From positions 2,769 to 66,768 of the forward strand of contig JAGGIK010000004.1 of assembly GCA_024103515.1 (NCBI GenBank): a DNA stretch of 64,000 bases, written 5' to 3'. Positions 1 to 10,498 of the stretch are shown piece after piece. Position numbers and translations under genes: made by a program. The notes below the pieces were generated by a model. The model did no database searches and was not told where the DNA came from. It saw only the letters and a program-made list of their open reading frames with translations. The stretch's first letter is position 1. Every line of letters starts with the position of its first letter. The stretch comes from Snodgrassella sp. GTDB taxonomy: Bacteria > Pseudomonadota > Gammaproteobacteria > Burkholderiales > Neisseriaceae.

Positions 1-419
1 CAGGTATTGCTGAAATTGAAGTAACCGAGGGTGAGGAAAAAGTCCGTATTACCCGCACGACAAATGTTGCCCAACCTGTATATCATTCAGCTCCGATTCA
101 ACCACAGGCTGCGGCCACTGCTCCAGCAAATAGTAATGTTGCTAATAATGCTGAACCAACAACTGCTACACCAAGTGTAAATTTAGATAAGGCATTCAAA
201 TCGCCGATGGTAGGTACTTTTTACCGTGCGGCTAGCCCAACATCTGCGCCATTTGTGGAAGTGGGTCAGACTGTCAATGCCGGTGATACCTTATGCATTA
301 TTGAAGCAATGAAACTGATGAATGAAATTGAAGCAGACAGCAGCGGGGTAGTTAAAGAAATTCTGGTATCTAATGCTCAGCCGGTAGAGTATGGTGAACC
401 TTTGTTTATAATCGAGTAA
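1..419 (+). CDS. accB: Acetyl-CoA carboxylase biotin carboxyl carrier protein (5' end outside window)
   Basis: Frame open from nt 3 ([18 protein letters not shown]), Ala/Pro linker, biotinylation motif EAMKLMN; directly upstream of accC. Confidence 0.97.
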   Translation, partial: GIAEIEVTEGEEKVRITRTTNVAQPVYHSAPIQPQAAATAPANSNVANNAEPTTATPSVNLDKAFKSPMVGTFYRAASPTSAPFVEVGQTVNAGDTLCIIEAMKLMNEIEADSSGVVKEILVSNAQPVEYGEPLFIIE

Positions 420-466
420 CGGGCAGTACCTATTTTTATTTCCCGCTCTTTTAAAGGTATTGCTCT

Positions 467-1825
467 ATGATAAAAAAAATTCTTATTGCCAATCGTGGCG
501 AAATTGCCTTACGTATCCTACGCGCCTGCCATGAAATGGGTATAGCGACTGTTGCGGTGCACTCGGAAGCAGACAGCGAAGCTTTGCATGTCAAGCTCGC
601 CAATGAATCTGTTTGCATCGGACCAGCCAGCTCAGCTCAAAGTTATCTGAATATACCGGCTTTGATTTCTGCAGCGGAAGTGACTGATGCTGATGCCATT
701 CATCCTGGCTACGGATTTTTGGCAGAAAATGATGATTTTGCTGAAAAAGTCGAAGAATCCGGTTTTGTATTTATTGGCCCCCGTCCTGAAACTATTCGCC
801 AGATGGGTGACAAAGTTCAAGCCAAAGCAGCTATGAAAGCTGCTGGTGTGCCTTGCGTGCCCGGTTCAGATGGCGCTTTACCCGAAGACCAAGCGGAAAT
901 TCAGCGTATTGGGGAAGAAGTGGGTTATCCGGTGATCATCAAAGCTTCTGGCGGTGGTGGTGGTCGCGGTATGCGCGTTGTGGAAAGGGCAGAAGATCTG
1001 TTGACTGCAGTTGAAATGACTCGCACGGAAGCTGGTGCCGCTTTTGGCAATCCTGAAGTGTATATGGAACGCTATCTGCAAAAACCGCGCCATATTGAAG
1101 TACAAATATTATGTGATGAGCATGGAAATGCTATTTATCTGGGTGAGCGAGACTGCTCCATGCAACGTCGTCATCAGAAAGTTATTGAAGAAGCACCAGC
1201 CCCATTCATTACTGAAAAAGAACGCAAACAGATTGGTGAAGCTTGTGTTGCTGCCTGTAAGCGTATCAATTATCGTGGTGCTGGTACTTTTGAATTTTTG
1301 TATGAAGACGGAGAATTTTTCTTTATTGAGATGAATACTCGAGTACAGGTAGAGCATGCGATTACTGAATTGGTAACCGGTGTGGATATTGTACAGGAAC
1401 AAATCCGGGTTGCCTCAGGACTGCCTCTGTCTTATAGCCAGAAAGATATTCACTTACATGGACATGCATTTGAATGTCGAATTAATGCGGAAGATCCCTA
1501 TACATTCGTACCAAGTCCCGGTTTAATTGCCAGCTGTCATCAGCCCGGTGGCAATGGCGTGCGTATTGATAGTCATATATATCAAGGTTACACTGTTCCG
1601 CCCTACTATGACAGTATGATTGGTAAAGTCTGTACTCTCGGACGCGATCGCAATGAAGCCATTGCAAAAATGCGTGTTGCTCTTAATGAATTAGCCATTA
1701 CTGGTATTAAAACCAATACTAATTTGCATAGAGATATTTTCGTCGATGCTGGTTTTATTAAAGGAGGAGAAAGTATCCATTATCTGGAACAATGGTTACA
1801 AAAACACAAAGAAAGGGAAAAATAA
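467..1825 (+). CDS. accC: Biotin carboxylase subunit of acetyl-CoA carboxylase
   Basis: [30 protein letters not shown] and [10 protein letters not shown] motifs. Confidence 0.98.
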   Translation: MIKKILIANRGEIALRILRACHEMGIATVAVHSEADSEALHVKLANESVCIGPASSAQSYLNIPALISAAEVTDADAIHPGYGFLAENDDFAEKVEESGFVFIGPRPETIRQMGDKVQAKAAMKAAGVPCVPGSDGALPEDQAEIQRIGEEVGYPVIIKASGGGGGRGMRVVERAEDLLTAVEMTRTEAGAAFGNPEVYMERYLQKPRHIEVQILCDEHGNAIYLGERDCSMQRRHQKVIEEAPAPFITEKERKQIGEACVAACKRINYRGAGTFEFLYEDGEFFFIEMNTRVQVEHAITELVTGVDIVQEQIRVASGLPLSYSQKDIHLHGHAFECRINAEDPYTFVPSPGLIASCHQPGGNGVRIDSHIYQGYTVPPYYDSMIGKVCTLGRDRNEAIAKMRVALNELAITGIKTNTNLHRDIFVDAGFIKGGESIHYLEQWLQKHKEREK

Positions 1826-1856
1826 TTTACAATAGGTACTCATTGCGCCTTAAATT

Positions 1857-1890
1857 TTCAGGCAGCCGCAATGGCTGCCTTAAGTTTTTA
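1857..1890 (+). terminator. Probable intrinsic terminator after accC
   Basis: Stem AGGCAGCC-GCAAT-GGCTGCCT followed by TAAGTTTTTA. Confidence 0.6.
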
Positions 1891-1922
1891 TAAAATATAT
1901 CATTACGGTGTTAAAAGAAATT

Positions 1923-2819
1923 ATGCATTACCAACAAGTTGTCATTACGGTACCACAGGATCAGGTAGATATTTTATCCGATGCGCTGATTGAGCACGGT
2001 GCACTCAGTACAGCTATAGAAGACGCTAATGCTGGCAAAGAAAATGAGCAGCCAATTTTTGGTGAACCAAATATGCCTACCGATAAAGTATGGCAACAAA
2101 ACAATATTGTCGCGCTTTTTGATGAAAAAGCCGATATCGATAAGTTAGTAAAACAGGCGGCACAAGCTTGTGCCATTGCTGTTCCTTCGTATTTCTTGGA
2201 ATCTGTTCCGGAACAGGACTGGGTACGGTTAACTCAATCTCAATTTGAACCTATTCAGATATCTACCAGATTGTGGATTACACCTTCATGGCACACTATC
2301 CCGAATTCAACTGGTGTTATTAATCTGCAACTAGATCCGGGACTGGCTTTTGGCACTGGAAGCCACCCTACAACCCATTTGTGCCTACAGTGGCTGGATC
2401 AAAATATACATGGTGGTGAAAAAATACTTGACTATGGCTGTGGTTCAGGCATTCTTACAATAGCCGCGCTAAAATTAGGTGCAGAAAGTGCAACAGGGGT
2501 AGATATTGATCAGCAGGCTATCCGTGCTAGTCTGGATAATGCGATCAAGAATCAAGTTCAGGCACGGTTTTTTCTACCTGATGATCTGCCTGCAGACGAA
2601 AAATTTGATATTGTTATGGCCAATATTTTGGCCAATCCATTACGTCTGCTAGCGCAGATGTTGGCCGAACGTACCCATACTGGTGGCCAAATCGTTCTAT
2701 CAGGTATTTTGGCTGAGCAAGCTGAAGAACTTAGCAGTATTTATGCACAGTGGTTTGACTTGAATCAGCCGATGATGGATGATGGCTGGGTATGTATAAG
2801 CGGTATAAAGAGAGCATAA
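1923..2819 (+). CDS. prmA: Ribosomal protein L11 methyltransferase
   Basis: LDPGLAFGTGSHPTT, LDYGCGSGIL and ANILANPL motifs; accBC-prmA synteny; alternative GTG start at 1908. Confidence 0.96.
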   Translation: MHYQQVVITVPQDQVDILSDALIEHGALSTAIEDANAGKENEQPIFGEPNMPTDKVWQQNNIVALFDEKADIDKLVKQAAQACAIAVPSYFLESVPEQDWVRLTQSQFEPIQISTRLWITPSWHTIPNSTGVINLQLDPGLAFGTGSHPTTHLCLQWLDQNIHGGEKILDYGCGSGILTIAALKLGAESATGVDIDQQAIRASLDNAIKNQVQARFFLPDDLPADEKFDIVMANILANPLRLLAQMLAERTHTGGQIVLSGILAEQAEELSSIYAQWFDLNQPMMDDGWVCISGIKRA

Positions 2820-2943
2820 TCCTAATGGCTGATTTATACTTGTGAGTTTTTTTAGATAGGCTGAATCCTGTTCTGTAAACTTGATCATGCTAACAGAGCA
2901 GTGTTAACACTTTATTTAACATAAAAATTAGCTATAAATAATT

Positions 2944-3762
2944 ATGACTAAGATGATTACTGTAATCTGTCCTAAATGCCACGGGGAAAATTCTGTTGCT
3001 TCACCACCTCCCTCCAGTGGCAGCCGTGTGGAATGCCGTCAGTGTCAGCATCAGTTTACGGTTGTATCTAAAGCGGTTAGCAATAAACAAGCAGCAATGG
3101 CAAATCAAAGCAAGGTTGAAGAAAATCATACTGCAAAGGCTAATTCATCAACCAATGCGGCTGAAGTAATGGAGATGCTGTCACATGCACTGAATACGAA
3201 TCAAAATATACCTGGCAAACGTCAAGTAAAAAAATCACCTGAACACTCCAATAATACAGTGCAATCATCAAATAAAAATTCTGCTGATAAATGTCCGAAT
3301 CTGAACACTCTGTTAAATCCATCCAGCAGAAGAATTGAGATTCCTATGCCGAATGAGCCACAAGCGGAAGCATTGAGACAGGCCAATTTACAAGCAACGC
3401 TGGCTAATAATGAACTGTTGCAGAATATCAATTCAACTTCTCCTCTAATCAATACACCTCAAAATAACAATACACCGATACCTTTACCGGAAGGTGGTGC
3501 CACTAATATTGAGATGAACGGCAATATTGGCAATCTTAATAATCTTGTTTTTACTCTACTACCGGGGGAATCGCAACGACAGGCAGATGTACCTTTATTG
3601 TTGAATGATGCTATTGAAAAAACCGATGCTATCCATGCTAAAACTGAATTTCTGCACCATCAACAAGATAAACTTTCGAAAGAATTTAATTGGACTCTGG
3701 CTTCTATTGTTGCGTTAACAGTATTGATTATGCAGTTATTTTATTTGATGGCAGTTAGATAA
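2944..3762 (+). CDS. Zinc-ribbon (MJ0042-type) protein with low-complexity linker and a C-terminal transmembrane helix
   Basis: CPKC...CRQC near the N-terminus, N/Q/S/P-rich middle, hydrophobic tail WTLASIVALTVLIMQLFYLMAV; follows prmA as in other Betaproteobacteria. Confidence 0.8.
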   Translation: MTKMITVICPKCHGENSVASPPPSSGSRVECRQCQHQFTVVSKAVSNKQAAMANQSKVEENHTAKANSSTNAAEVMEMLSHALNTNQNIPGKRQVKKSPEHSNNTVQSSNKNSADKCPNLNTLLNPSSRRIEIPMPNEPQAEALRQANLQATLANNELLQNINSTSPLINTPQNNNTPIPLPEGGATNIEMNGNIGNLNNLVFTLLPGESQRQADVPLLLNDAIEKTDAIHAKTEFLHHQQDKLSKEFNWTLASIVALTVLIMQLFYLMAVR

Positions 3763-3847
3763 ATACAGCAATGATTGTTCGTTTACTCCTTTTTTTATGT
3801 CATGGATTATAATTTGTTTTGAGGTATATCTAAGTAATACAGTAATA

Positions 3848-5172
3848 TGTAAGAAAACTCTGCGTTATTTACACTTGATGATGAAATTAATTCTCTCAAT
3901 CTCATAAGGTGTTTTACCTGAAATCGTTTTATGCAGTTTGACCATATTGTCATGGTTAATTTGGTGCCTAAGCTTTTGCTTTCTGTCTTTTGTATCCCAG
4001 AAGGTTTGCTGTTTGGACCGCCTCTGCATTAAAGTGCGATACACATATTTATGATTCCATTTATAGCCGAGCTTTCTGATGCGATTGAAATATTTGGGAA
4101 AGCCGCAGCGTCAATGTTTGTCAGTGATTGTACTTAGTACCGACACCATCATTGAATCATCCTGTAACTTGGGTTGATAATAGTAAACACAGCGGCTTAG
4201 GCCAACAATAGATTAATTCACTGTAATAATAGAGTGACTTTCTTGTAACTCTAGAGCCTAGGCTTTATGTTCATTAGTCGGCACTAGAGCTTTTTTATGA
4301 TTTGCGCCTAAAGCTGGGATTTTAAACTCAGTTCAGCAAATATCTGCTTAAGCTTACGATTTTCAGCTTCCAGTTGCTTTAGGCGTTTGCTATCCGAGGC
4401 TTCCATACCACCGTATTGATCGCGCCATTGATAAAAAGTTGAATTCTCCATACCATATTGACGGCAAATTTTTAATGGGAGTAGTAACTTCAAATTCTTA
4501 TAAAATAGATATGAATTGATATGGTGTTATTTATTTGATGTTTAAATCCTCTATAAGTTTATAAAGAGAATTTGCTACTTTTATGCAGTACTATTTTTGA
4601 GGATAGTTACAACCATTATTCTGATATTCACGTCGACGACTGAAATTAATATATTCAATGATAGAAAAATATTGAGCTAATGCATGGTTAATCGAAATTG
4701 TACCAAGCTAAATTAAGATTAATCTGGATAAATACTCGTATAAAGCTCACGTGAAGATCGTCAAAACCGACGAATCAATATTCTCTGATGTTTTGTTTAT
4801 TTTAAATAACGGTAAACGCTTGGAGTCGCTATGCCATATTTCACCCGGATCGGTTTTGTTAAGGTATTTAGTTTGTTATGTTAATTTATTCTGTATGAAT
4901 TTCTACGTTAATCCGACGTTAAATGGTGCAGTTCATGGTTTTGTCAGGTTTGTTCTGACTGCCTACGCGGATGAATAGCTTTAACCTGGCTTGTTTAATA
5001 CCTTTAGATGTTCGGATTATTGAGTATAAGGTGTTTAGCCAAACGGTGACGGTTATTTGTCTATGTGATGGAATAGTCATATCTGTTACCTGTAATAAGG
5101 CGAGAGTTTTATTTGTGTAGTTATTAATCATGGTCTCTCTAATTTTTGTAAATAAAGCGAGAATTTGTTATA
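3848..5172 (-). mobile_element. Degenerate IS481-family insertion sequence (pseudogene) interrupted by an IS3 remnant
   Basis: Minus-strand fragments KYLNKTDPGEIWHSDSKRLPLFK, REY*FVGFDD, SRELYTSIYPD, YQNNG and, on the far side, YRTLMQ...GKTPYEI...VNNAEFSYI resemble Neisseriaceae IS481 transposases as I recall them; imperfect 26-bp terminal inverted repeats at 3848-3873 and 5147-5172 (18/26 by hand). Confidence 0.8.
4035..4611 (-). mobile_element. Partial degenerate IS3-family (IS407-group-like) element nested in the IS481 remnant
   Basis: OrfA fragment CRQYGMENSTFYQWRDQYGGMEASDSKRLKQLEAENRKLKQ (4308-4493); AAAAAAG frameshift motif (4290-4296, minus); OrfB fragment RCGFPKYFNRIRKLGYKWNHKYVYR with an upstream in-frame stop; end begins TGTAACTATCC at 4611. 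Confidence 0.85.
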
Positions 5173-5592
5173 TACAATAATATCTATAAGCTACAGATAC
5201 TTTACGGATTATTTGACTCGATAAACTTTATTGTTTTGTGCTATTGATAAATAGCATAATTTACAGGATGATAAAAATTTTCTGTTATGAACAAATTGGT
5301 TTTTTTTGCAGTTAACAAATTAAAACTTTGCTTTACTTATGTGTGATTGATAATATTTTTCAACTATATTTTTTGAAATATAGCTTGTTTCATCAACAGG
5401 TAAATATTTTTGTTATAGAAAATTTTTAGCTCATTTATAAACAATGTAGAATAGCAATCGTTTTGATACTTCTAGTCTATATCCAGTTTTCTAGCCAAAA
5501 AACTATTCTAAGTATTTCACCCTTATCAATAACCGCAAAGTGGAAAAATCTTTTACAATCTCTCTGTTATTTGTATTACCTAAGGAAGCGAT

Positions 5593-5865
5593 ATGACTCA
5601 CATGGTACATTGTATCAAACTGGGCAAAGAAGCGCCCGGATTGAAATTTCCGCCTTTACCAAATGAATTGGGCAAGCGTATTTATAATAACGTATCTCAA
5701 GAAGCATGGGATGGCTGGTTACGTTATCAAACTATGATTATTAATGAAAATCGTCTTAGTCTGGCCGATCCTCGTGCTCGTGAGTATATTAGTCAGCAAA
5801 TGGAAAGTTATTTTTTTGGTGAGGGTGCTGATCAAGTCAGTGGCTACACTCCGCAAGAAGATTAA
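5593..5865 (+). CDS. yggX: Fe(II)-trafficking / oxidative damage protection protein
   Basis: [25 protein letters not shown]...W..W...[10 protein letters not shown] signature, 90 aa. Confidence 0.93.
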   Translation: MTHMVHCIKLGKEAPGLKFPPLPNELGKRIYNNVSQEAWDGWLRYQTMIINENRLSLADPRAREYISQQMESYFFGEGADQVSGYTPQED

Positions 5866-5872
5866 TTCTCAT

Positions 5873-5909
5873 AGGCTGTTCTATTTATGCAAAAGAACAG
5901 CCTTTGTAT
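5873..5909 (+). terminator. Hairpin after yggX, possible terminator
   Basis: AGGCTGTTCT...AGAACAGCCT 10-bp stem followed by TTGTAT. Confidence 0.45.
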
Positions 5910-5933
5910 AAGCAATTGGGAATTCTAGATCTT

Positions 5934-6467
5934 ATGGTTATTCAGCTCATCAAAAGTGATTTATTCCGCTACTGTGGCCGTATCTGTTTTAGTGCATTTG
6001 TTAAACAGTACCTTTGCAACCGCGGCTTTAGATTTACTTTCTGGCTAAGATTAGCCTCAGCACCAAACTGGTGGCATAAATTAGTATTTCCGATGTATGT
6101 CTGGCAGAAACGCAGAAGCGGCATTATTATCAGTCCAGGCACACGTATCGGCTATGGTCTATATATCGGCCATGGTGGTCCGTTGATTATCAACGGCACT
6201 GCTCAGCTTGGTAATAATGTCAATTTATCACCGTATACCGTAATAGGTGCTAACATTGGCAATGCGGCAACCATTGGCAATAATGTCTATATCGGTCCTA
6301 ATTGTAATATTATTGAAAATGTTTGTATTGGCGATAATGTCACTATTGGTGCCGGCAGCGTTGTTACCAAGGATATTCCTGTTAATGCCACTGCAGCAGG
6401 CAATTATGCTAAAGTATTGAATTACCAAAATCCTTGTAAGTTTATTCAAAATCCCTGGTCATTTTAA
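5934..6467 (+). CDS. Left-handed beta-helix (hexapeptide) O-acetyltransferase, serine acetyltransferase/WcaB-like
   Basis: IGYGLYIGHGG, IGNNVYIGPN and IGAGSVVTKDIP repeats; alternative TTG start at 5904. Confidence 0.8.
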   Translation: MVIQLIKSDLFRYCGRICFSAFVKQYLCNRGFRFTFWLRLASAPNWWHKLVFPMYVWQKRRSGIIISPGTRIGYGLYIGHGGPLIINGTAQLGNNVNLSPYTVIGANIGNAATIGNNVYIGPNCNIIENVCIGDNVTIGAGSVVTKDIPVNATAAGNYAKVLNYQNPCKFIQNPWSF

Positions 6468-6569
6468 AAGCCAATAGAACTTGACCGGTAGCCAGAATAG
6501 TGACAATGTAATACCCTTAAAATTAACTGACCAATACTGACACACAAAAACAGTCAAAAGGTATTTATT

Positions 6570-8630
6570 ATGTCTGCATTGCAATCACGTTTACTTTGCC
6601 GAGAACTGAGCCAACTGGCCTTTAACCGTCGTGTTCTGGCACAGGCTCAGGATGAGCAAATTCCCTTGCTTGAACGTCTACGCTTTTTATGTATTGTATC
6701 CTCAAATCTGGATGAGTTCTTTGAAGTACGCATGGCATGGTTGCGACGTACCAGACAACGTTCTCCTCAAACGCCTCTGGCGAATGGCGAACTTCCTGAT
6801 ACCGTTATAACCAATGTAACTAAAGAAGCACATTGCTTAATTGCGGAACAATATCGTTTATTCAACGATGTATTGATTCCGGCATTGCGAAGTGAAGGGA
6901 TTTCTTTTTATCCACGCAGTTCATGGAACGAAAGACAGCAACAATGGGTTGAGGAATACTTCAAGAACGAATTACTGCCCATTCTGACGCCTATTGGTCT
7001 AGACCCGTCCCATCCTTTCCCACGCCTACTGAATAAATCACTCAATTTCGCAGTTGAACTTGAAGGTAAAGATGCTTTTGGCCGTATTGGTGGGATGGCT
7101 ATCGTGCAGGCGCCACGCATTTTGCCTCGGGTTCTAAAAATGCCAAAAGAAATCTGCAATGGTCACGATGGTTTTGTGTTTCTCTCGTCAATCTTACACG
7201 CACATGTGCATACGCTGTTTACTGGAATGAATGTCAAAGGTTGTTATCAATTCCGTCTAACCCGAGACAGTGAATTAAGCGTAGATGAAGATCTAGAAAA
7301 TCTTGGCGTTGCCATCGCCGGAGAATTACAGGATCGACAATATGGCGATGGGGTCAGACTGGAAGTTGCGGACAACTGTCCAGAGCATGTTTACAACTTT
7401 TTATTAAGTCAATTTCACCTCAGTGTGGATGAACTTTATCGTGTTAATGGACCGGTCAATTTAGTTCGTTTAATGGCTGTTCCAGATATAATTGATCGAA
7501 ATGATTTGAAATTTAAACAGTTCACACCCGGTACACCATCCATACTGAATAAAAACCATAATTTATTCGATGTTATACAACAAGAAGATATACTTTTATA
7601 CCATCCTTATCAGTCTTTTGAACCAACCGTTCGCCTGATCCAACAAGCGGCAGAAGATCCTGAAGTTATTGCTATTAAAATGACGATTTATCGTACTGGT
7701 AGCAGCTCGGATCTGGTTAAAGCATTGATGAAAGCTGCATTGGCTGGTAAGCAAGTCACTGTGGTAGTCGAACTGATGGCTCGCTTTGATGAAGAAACTA
7801 ACCTTAATTGGGCCAGTCAGCTGGAGGCCGTCGGTGCACATGTGGTATACGGGGTTTTCGGTTATAAGATCCATGCAAAAATGGCCTTGATTGTGCGGCG
7901 TGAACAAGGCAAACTAAAACGCTATGCTCACATCAGTACAGGCAATTATCATCAGGGAACCAGTCGTATTTACACTGATCTAGGTCTAATGACCTGTGAT
8001 GCCGATATTACTGGTGATATTAATACTGTCTTTATGGAAATTACTGGTCTAGGGCAACCGAATAATTTGCATAAAATCGCCCAAAGCCCTTTTACCCTAC
8101 ATAAAATGCTGCTTGACTGTATTGCTGGTGAAATTGAACATGCTAAGGCAGGGAAACCTGCTCGCATCATCGCAAAAATGAACGCTTTAGTTGAGCCAAC
8201 AATAATCGAAGCATTATATGAAGCCAGTCAAGCCGGGGTGCAAATTGAACTGATTGTACGGGGTATGTGTGTACTGCGCCCGGGCGTCAAAGGTTTATCT
8301 GAAAATATTAGAGTTCGCTCGATAGTGGGTCGCTTGCTTGAACATGCACGTGTATTCTGTTTTACCAACGGCGGACAGAGTAAAGTATGGATTTCCAGTG
8401 CCGACTGGATGGGGCGCAATTTATTCAGGCGCGTTGAAATTTGCACTCCAATTGAAACAAAAGATCTGAAACATCGTATAATGAAAGAAGCCCTTTTACT
8501 TGCCCTCTCGGATAACCAATGTGCTTGGATGATGCAATCCAATGGAGAATATCAACGCATCAAACGCACGGGCTCAGAAGCACCTTCAAATATGCAGCAA
8601 ACCCTTATTGAGCGTTATAGCCAGCAATAA
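6570..8630 (+). CDS. ppk1: Polyphosphate kinase 1
   Basis: RELSQLAFNRRVL, NLDEFFEVRMA, HPFP, KIHAK, ARFDE and SADWMGRNL motifs; 686 aa. Confidence 0.97.
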   Translation: MSALQSRLLCRELSQLAFNRRVLAQAQDEQIPLLERLRFLCIVSSNLDEFFEVRMAWLRRTRQRSPQTPLANGELPDTVITNVTKEAHCLIAEQYRLFNDVLIPALRSEGISFYPRSSWNERQQQWVEEYFKNELLPILTPIGLDPSHPFPRLLNKSLNFAVELEGKDAFGRIGGMAIVQAPRILPRVLKMPKEICNGHDGFVFLSSILHAHVHTLFTGMNVKGCYQFRLTRDSELSVDEDLENLGVAIAGELQDRQYGDGVRLEVADNCPEHVYNFLLSQFHLSVDELYRVNGPVNLVRLMAVPDIIDRNDLKFKQFTPGTPSILNKNHNLFDVIQQEDILLYHPYQSFEPTVRLIQQAAEDPEVIAIKMTIYRTGSSSDLVKALMKAALAGKQVTVVVELMARFDEETNLNWASQLEAVGAHVVYGVFGYKIHAKMALIVRREQGKLKRYAHISTGNYHQGTSRIYTDLGLMTCDADITGDINTVFMEITGLGQPNNLHKIAQSPFTLHKMLLDCIAGEIEHAKAGKPARIIAKMNALVEPTIIEALYEASQAGVQIELIVRGMCVLRPGVKGLSENIRVRSIVGRLLEHARVFCFTNGGQSKVWISSADWMGRNLFRRVEICTPIETKDLKHRIMKEALLLALSDNQCAWMMQSNGEYQRIKRTGSEAPSNMQQTLIERYSQQ

Positions 8631-8700
8631 ATCTGTCATTATTTGTTTAGTGTGTCTGAACAAAATGAAAACAACAAAAGTTTAATGCCATTGCCATGGC

Positions 8701-8736
8701 AAAAAGCAAGGTTATCCAATTGGATACCTTGCTTTT
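8701..8736. terminator. Bidirectional terminator between convergent ppk1 and dut
   Basis: AAAAAGCAAGGTTATCCAATTGGATACCTTGCTTTT inverted repeat with A and T tracts. Confidence 0.75.
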
Positions 8737-8764
8737 CGTCTAATTAATAACAACTGTATGTAAA

Positions 8765-9226
8765 TTATTGGTGACCGGTACTGCCAAAACCACCTTCGCC
8801 ACGATCACTTTGCACAAAATCATCCACAACAGTAAAGGCAGCCTGCATTACTGGAACAATGATCATTTGCGCAATTCGTGCTAATGGATCGATTACAAAT
8901 TCTTGCTGACTACGATTCCACAAAGACACCTTCAGTTCACCCTGATAATCCGAGTCAATCAACCCCACCAGATTACCTAATACAATACCATTTTTATGTC
9001 CCAGGCCTGATCGGGGCAGAATCATCGCCGCATACTTTGGATCAGCCAGATATACTGCTAGTCCTGTTGGCACCAGATAACATTCCCCTGGCTGCAAGGT
9101 GACTGACTTCTCTATGCATGCACGCAAATCCAGCCCCGCTGAACCTGGCGTAGCATATTGTGGTAATTGATCTGCCATCAGCGGATGAAGAATTTTTATT
9201 TGTACAGATAATTCGGAATTACTCAT
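8765..9226 (-). CDS. dut: dUTP diphosphatase
   Basis: [21 protein letters not shown] and [10 protein letters not shown] motifs. Confidence 0.97.
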   Translation of the reverse strand: MSNSELSVQIKILHPLMADQLPQYATPGSAGLDLRACIEKSVTLQPGECYLVPTGLAVYLADPKYAAMILPRSGLGHKNGIVLGNLVGLIDSDYQGELKVSLWNRSQQEFVIDPLARIAQMIIVPVMQAAFTVVDDFVQSDRGEGGFGSTGHQ

Positions 9227-9292
9227 ATATCTTCTTTTTCATTCATTAATTAAAAAACATTTCCTATAAATATATATAACCGTTGATAATGA

Positions 9293-10498
9293 TCATACAG
9301 AAGTATGCAGCAACTGCACCAAACGTTTGACAATAGCTGCTGCCGTATCATCTTTACTCATTTGTGGTAAAGCGATTTCCTGTTCATCATCCAGCAAAAT
9401 TACTTGATTGGTGCTTTTACCCATTGCTTGATCTACTTGATTGGCAACCATTAATGCTACCCCTTTCTTTTGCCGCTTAGCTCTGGCGTATTCCAGCACA
9501 TGTTCACTTTCTGCCGCAAAACCGACACAGAAAGGCGCATCAGGTAGACGTGCCACTGAGGCGAGAATATCTTTATTTTCCGTCAACTCAATCATTGGGA
9601 CAACTTGATTATCCTGCTTTTTCAGCTTCTGTTCACTGCGATTTTTCACCTTATAATCAGCAACTGCTGCTACGGATATAAACACATCTTGCTGCTTGAT
9701 CAATCGGTGTACTGCCGCATACATCGCATCACCACTGCTAGCCTGCTCACGGTAAGCCAGACCAACAGGTATTTCTGTTTGCAACTGGCCATAAATGAAC
9801 GACACTGACGCCCCTACTGCTCGACAGGCACGAGCCAGAGCTATACCCATCTGACCACTGGAAATATTTGTGATGCCACGTACCGGATCAATTGCCTCGA
9901 AAGTCGCCCCTGCTGTAATTAGAATTCGTTTACCCTCAAGAAGAGAAGGTGTCCAAACATCAGTCAAAAGATCTGCTAATTGTGATGCCTCCAGCATCCG
10001 CCCACTACCTACTTCGCCACAGGCTTGCTCACCAATAACAGGTCCTAAAATCGTTACCTGATCACGACGCAACAAATCCAGATTACGTTGATTAGCTGGA
10101 TTATTCCACATTTGTACATTCATTGCCGGCGCTACAGCCAGCGGACAGGTTCGGGCAGCAACTAAAGTGGTCAATAGATTATCTGCTGTACCATGCGCAA
10201 TTTTGGCCAGTGTATTAGCAGAAGCAGGTGCAATCAGCATAACATCAGCTTGACGAGAAAGATTGATATGTGCCATTCCATTACCACTACTGGCATCATA
10301 AGTATCCAAACAAACAGGTTCGCCACTAAGTGCCTGAAATGTGGTCGGGCTGACAAAGTCTGTAGCGGCCTGAGTCATAATAACATTGACCTGATGACCA
10401 GCCTTTTTTAGTAAACGCACCAATTCACAGCTTTTATATGCTGCAATACCGCCGCTAATGCCAAGTACTATCCTTTTGTTCACATTTACCTCATTCAT
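9293..10498 (-). CDS. coaBC: Bifunctional phosphopantothenoylcysteine decarboxylase/synthetase
   Basis: GISGGIAAYK, PAMNVQMW, IDPVRGITNISSGQMG and VGFAAES motifs; ORF extends to 10519. Confidence 0.96.
   Translation of the reverse strand: MNEVNVNKRIVLGISGGIAAYKSCELVRLLKKAGHQVNVIMTQAATDFVSPTTFQALSGEPVCLDTYDASSGNGMAHINLSRQADVMLIAPASANTLAKIAHGTADNLLTTLVAARTCPLAVAPAMNVQMWNNPANQRNLDLLRRDQVTILGPVIGEQACGEVGSGRMLEASQLADLLTDVWTPSLLEGKRILITAGATFEAIDPVRGITNISSGQMGIALARACRAVGASVSFIYGQLQTEIPVGLAYREQASSGDAMYAAVHRLIKQQDVFISVAAVADYKVKNRSEQKLKKQDNQVVPMIELTENKDILASVARLPDAPFCVGFAAESEHVLEYARAKRQKKGVALMVANQVDQAMGKSTNQVILLDDEQEIALPQMSKDDTAAAIVKRLVQLLHTSV

Noticed and set aside
4751-4978. 75-aa plus-strand ORF, and the 70-aa minus-strand ORF at 4919-5131
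   Set aside because: Both lie inside the IS481 fossil; the minus ORF is a frameshifted transposase N-terminus and the plus ORF is its shadow
5340-5365. Fur-box-like TGATAATATTTTTCA upstream of yggX
   Set aside because: Imperfect match in very AT-rich DNA and far from the start codon; not distinguishable from background by eye
5463-5666. 67-aa TTG ORF overlapping the yggX start
   Set aside because: No SD, AT-rich promoter-like sequence, overlaps a real gene out of frame
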